Origin: Laetmonice hystrix
Lineage: Eukaryota
DNA: 64,000 nt
Assembly: GCA_965235115.1 (NCBI GenBank)
Contig: OZ249436.1
Span: 7,442,001 to 7,506,000 of the forward strand
Direction of reading: 5' to 3'
Each line of letters starts with the position of its first letter. The first letter of the stretch is position 1. The notes below the pieces were generated by a model. It saw only the letters and a list, made by a program, of their open reading frames with translations, was not told where the DNA came from and ran no database searches. Positions 60,898-64,000 of this stretch are shown one piece after another. Made by a program: the position numbers and the translations under genes.

Positions 60898-63809
60898 ATG
60901 GGGGCCTTTGCCAGCAGGCGGAATGCTGGCGTAGAAGAGGTGGATATTTCAACCAGCAATGCCTATCGGTACCCACCCAAATCAGGTAAGAAATGTATTT
61001 AGTAGTTGACATTTTTGACACATGACAGGTAACTAGACTCTACGTAAAACGTACACTACAGCCTCAGAGCCTGGCAGCTAGCCTGGTCAGTCGCATCTTG
61101 AGTTGTCAAGGGGCATCGCGCATCCTGCATTCTACCCCTTGAGCGCAGCCCATGCTAACCGGGCGGAAGTTGACCCTGAGGTCAACCTTATGAATATTAA
61201 AAGGACCTGTCATCGGCGCTCCACCTGCACAAGCGGTCCACACCGAAGCCGAAGGCTTACTTCTCGCAAAAATGCCTGATAGCCTTGCCCAGGTGGCTGA
61301 TAAACAAATGTGTCGCTCCCTAACAATACAGTTAGTTATAGTGTGTGTTCTTGCAGCCCTGTCAACTCAAAGTTGTTCCTCTCACTGTCACTATAGTGTC
61401 GGGATTAAATGCCTACCCGTTGCTGCTATCGTTGGCTTCGCTTCGACAACGCTTCGCTTTGACAACAACAACTTTACCGTGGGAACGTTCCCATTGGCTA
61501 ACCAGAAATGCATGCTAATTTTTATGAATCGCGCCTCAGGCAGTGTGTAATCTCATGGCGCGGCCGCAGACGGCAGAACAGGTGGCGCTGCGAGGAACGC
61601 GTTTCTAAGAATAGACGGGCAGGCAGGAGGGGGATGAATCAACTGCAGCGGTTCAACCCCGAGCGGGGGAGGATGGGTCAGTCGGTAACTCCCACTCATC
61701 ACTCATCAGTTAAACGTAACACAGTCAGTGTGTCATGTCACTGGACAACCATTGCATTGGCAATGCATTGCCCATGTCCTTGAGAAACTAAGTTGATCTG
61801 ATGGTGAATACGTTGCCGTTTGTGGAAATTACAAAGAAAGGTGAGAAACTAATATATAGTAGTCTAGCTACTAATAATCGCACACTTGGTTATTTTACCG
61901 TCAGACGGCAGAATAAATAAATTAGTTTGACTAATATTAGTAATAACCGACGCGAAACAATGTGTTTGGGTTAAGGTAAAGGTATTGCCTTTGAAAAAAT
62001 AGAGCCTAGAAAGCATAATATTTTCTAGCCTACGTAGTAAGCCTTGCCGCGCCAGCAAGGCTTACGGGCAGTCAATGTAAATTCCTGGCGGGTCATGCTA
62101 GGCCCTGTCACATCTGCCACACCACCACCGCTTGCACTGATCAACTCACCGCATCCATTTATCTCGACAGTAGGTGCGACAAGTCCTGAAGCAGTGTTTC
62201 TAATAGTACAACGTCAAATTTAAAATTCATGTCTAGATTATCGGTCTACCAGCTGCCATGTTGCCTTTGATATCCCAGCATGCATCTCTCCGCTCGGAAA
62301 TCCTGAACAGCGACCTTCGGCTCTGTTCAGAGCACAGAGCCAAATTCTTTGGCTAAATATTTTCATGACTTTTTACCCAAGATACAGAAAACAAACCTCT
62401 GCCAATGTTACCTAGATTCTCACGTCTATCAGACTGGATCTCAAGAACATCATTTACTTAACGGTGTTCGAAATAAGGAAAAAAATTAGGTTGCCCAATG
62501 GGGCAACCTACAGAACAAATCAGGTTGCCAGCCAAAATTTCTGCTTGCCCTGAGAAATGCCACAATTTTTTTACATAAAGGACAAAATAATGAGTAGACC
62601 TTTTAAAGTTGCAATGTTATTAATTAAGTTAACCAAATCCTCATATTATTTAACACACTGACTGCAGAATCTTGCATTTTCATTTTTAGTGTGCATCAAT
62701 CCAGCTAGTGCTACTGCATATATGCTGACAAATGTGTGACATGGTGTGGAAGATCGCTGGTGACAATATAAACACCTGGAGCTTGCTATGATTATCAGTT
62801 GCCCGCCAGGGCAATCTCATGACCACTACAGCTTGCCCGTGGCGATTTTTGATTGCCAAATCGCCCGGGCAAGCTCTTATCGTGAACACTGCTTAATCTT
62901 TATCTCTGCAGGCTGCTACTTTGGAAGCTACTTCATAATGGGTGGTGAAAGGTTTGATACAACACAGCCGGAAGCCTACTTGTTTGGTGAAAATCAAGAT
63001 TTGAATTTCCTTGGCAACAGGCCAATACCAGTAAGTATCAGTACAACACGTTTTTTTTAACACAGATTTTAAGGGGAGACTGAAACAAAATCATGAAAAA
63101 TCTACATATAAGTTTGATTAGATGATAACTTTTGGCTGCAGTATGGTAAATGATATTGCTGATGTTCAAAGAGAAAAATGTTTATTGAAGCTCAATATGG
63201 GATTCATTTTTTTTAGTTCCCCTATCCAGCGCCTCAGGCCAATGAACCTACAAAGACATTGAAAAGTCTTGTGAACATCAGAAAGGATTCTCTAAGGTTC
63301 ATCAGGTGAGTAAATTGGGAAGTAAATTTTTGCTGCTAACGTTCTGTCTTTATTTTTGTAGGTCCTTTGTTTTATCATTATAACTTGCTTATCCTGGTAT
63401 CCCCAATTCTACACATGAATTTTCAGCCAATTGGCCGATTTCTTCCCTTCTTTAGCCTTGAAACCCTGTACAAAGCCAATGGCAGGGTGAGATTTCAGCC
63501 TCTTTGATGTGTATTCACTCTAATGTTTGCTATTCTAAAAGTTAGCTGTGAGTATGAGTATGAGTATGAGCCAACATTTTGTGCACATGAATGCAGGATT
63601 CCAGGGGAGGAGAATCCTAAAGAAGAGAAACCTGAGGGAGAGCAGGAGGAGGAGATGGAGGAAGAAGAAGGGGAGAAAGATGAAGATAGTGAAGAGAAGG
63701 AAACCACCTCTCCACGTTACAACATAGAGTTCACCTTTGATACTGATGTTAGGGTGGCCATCACCATATACTACTTTGCCACAGAGGAGATCAGCAATGG
63801 CCAAGCAAT
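60898..63809 (+). CDS. MGRN1: E3 ubiquitin ligase MGRN1/RNF157 (mahogunin) family, first four coding exons; gene continues beyond the window
   Basis: Exons 60898-60985 (MGAFASRRNAGVEEVDISTSNAYRYPPKS), 62912-63030 (YFGSYFIMGGERFDTTQPEAYLFGENQDLNFLGNRP), 63217-63305 (FPYPAPQANEPTKTLKSLVNIRKDSLRF), 63597-63809 (YNIEFTFDTDVRVAITIYY); phases consistent; N-terminal MGxxxS myristoylation pattern. RING domain not inside the window. Confidence 0.93.
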
Positions 63810-63853
63810 GTAAGAAACAATAGCTGCCAGAAGGGTGATAGTCCAATTCTATG

Positions 63854-63965
63854 CAGGGTTGGCCGGGCAATACCCGGGCGGGTAATAATGTCCGGGAAAA
63901 CCCGGGAAAACCCGGGCTGGGCAATATCCCTAAAATCAGCTAAGTGGGCAATACTGGGTAATAAG
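63854..63965. mobile_element. Left end of a probable MITE in an MGRN1 intron, truncated by the window edge
   Basis: CAGGGTTGGCCGGGCAATACCCGGG start with repeated CCCGGG/AATAC motifs; the second end is not visible. Confidence 0.4.
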
Positions 63966-64000
63966 AACAATATCATATACAATTCTCAAAAATGGAAAAA

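Overview
Eukaryotic (animal, most likely a non-vertebrate bilaterian) genomic DNA with spliceosomal introns, many poly-G/C tracts and numerous small non-autonomous DNA transposons (MITEs); no prokaryotic genes, CRISPR arrays, tRNAs or rRNAs were seen. Four protein-coding genes can be assembled by hand from splice sites and protein motifs: PDPK1/PDK1 kinase (+, 14 coding exons, 34325-39090, including one U12-type intron), SLC25A19 mitochondrial thiamine-pyrophosphate carrier (-, 5 exons, 43857-46056), a UBALD1/2-like gene (-, 3 exons, 50464-60340) and the first four exons of MGRN1/RNF157 (+, from 60898), head-to-head with UBALD as in vertebrates. The first 30 kb has no recognisable coding exon; it may be intronic sequence of an unidentified minus-strand gene starting near 30.3 kb and contains a cluster of four co-oriented CTCF motifs, a candidate recursive splice site, a minisatellite whose units each carry an NF-kB consensus site, and several MITEs. 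I found no clear new multi-gene system; the best leads are regulatory/splicing signals and unusual MITE families.
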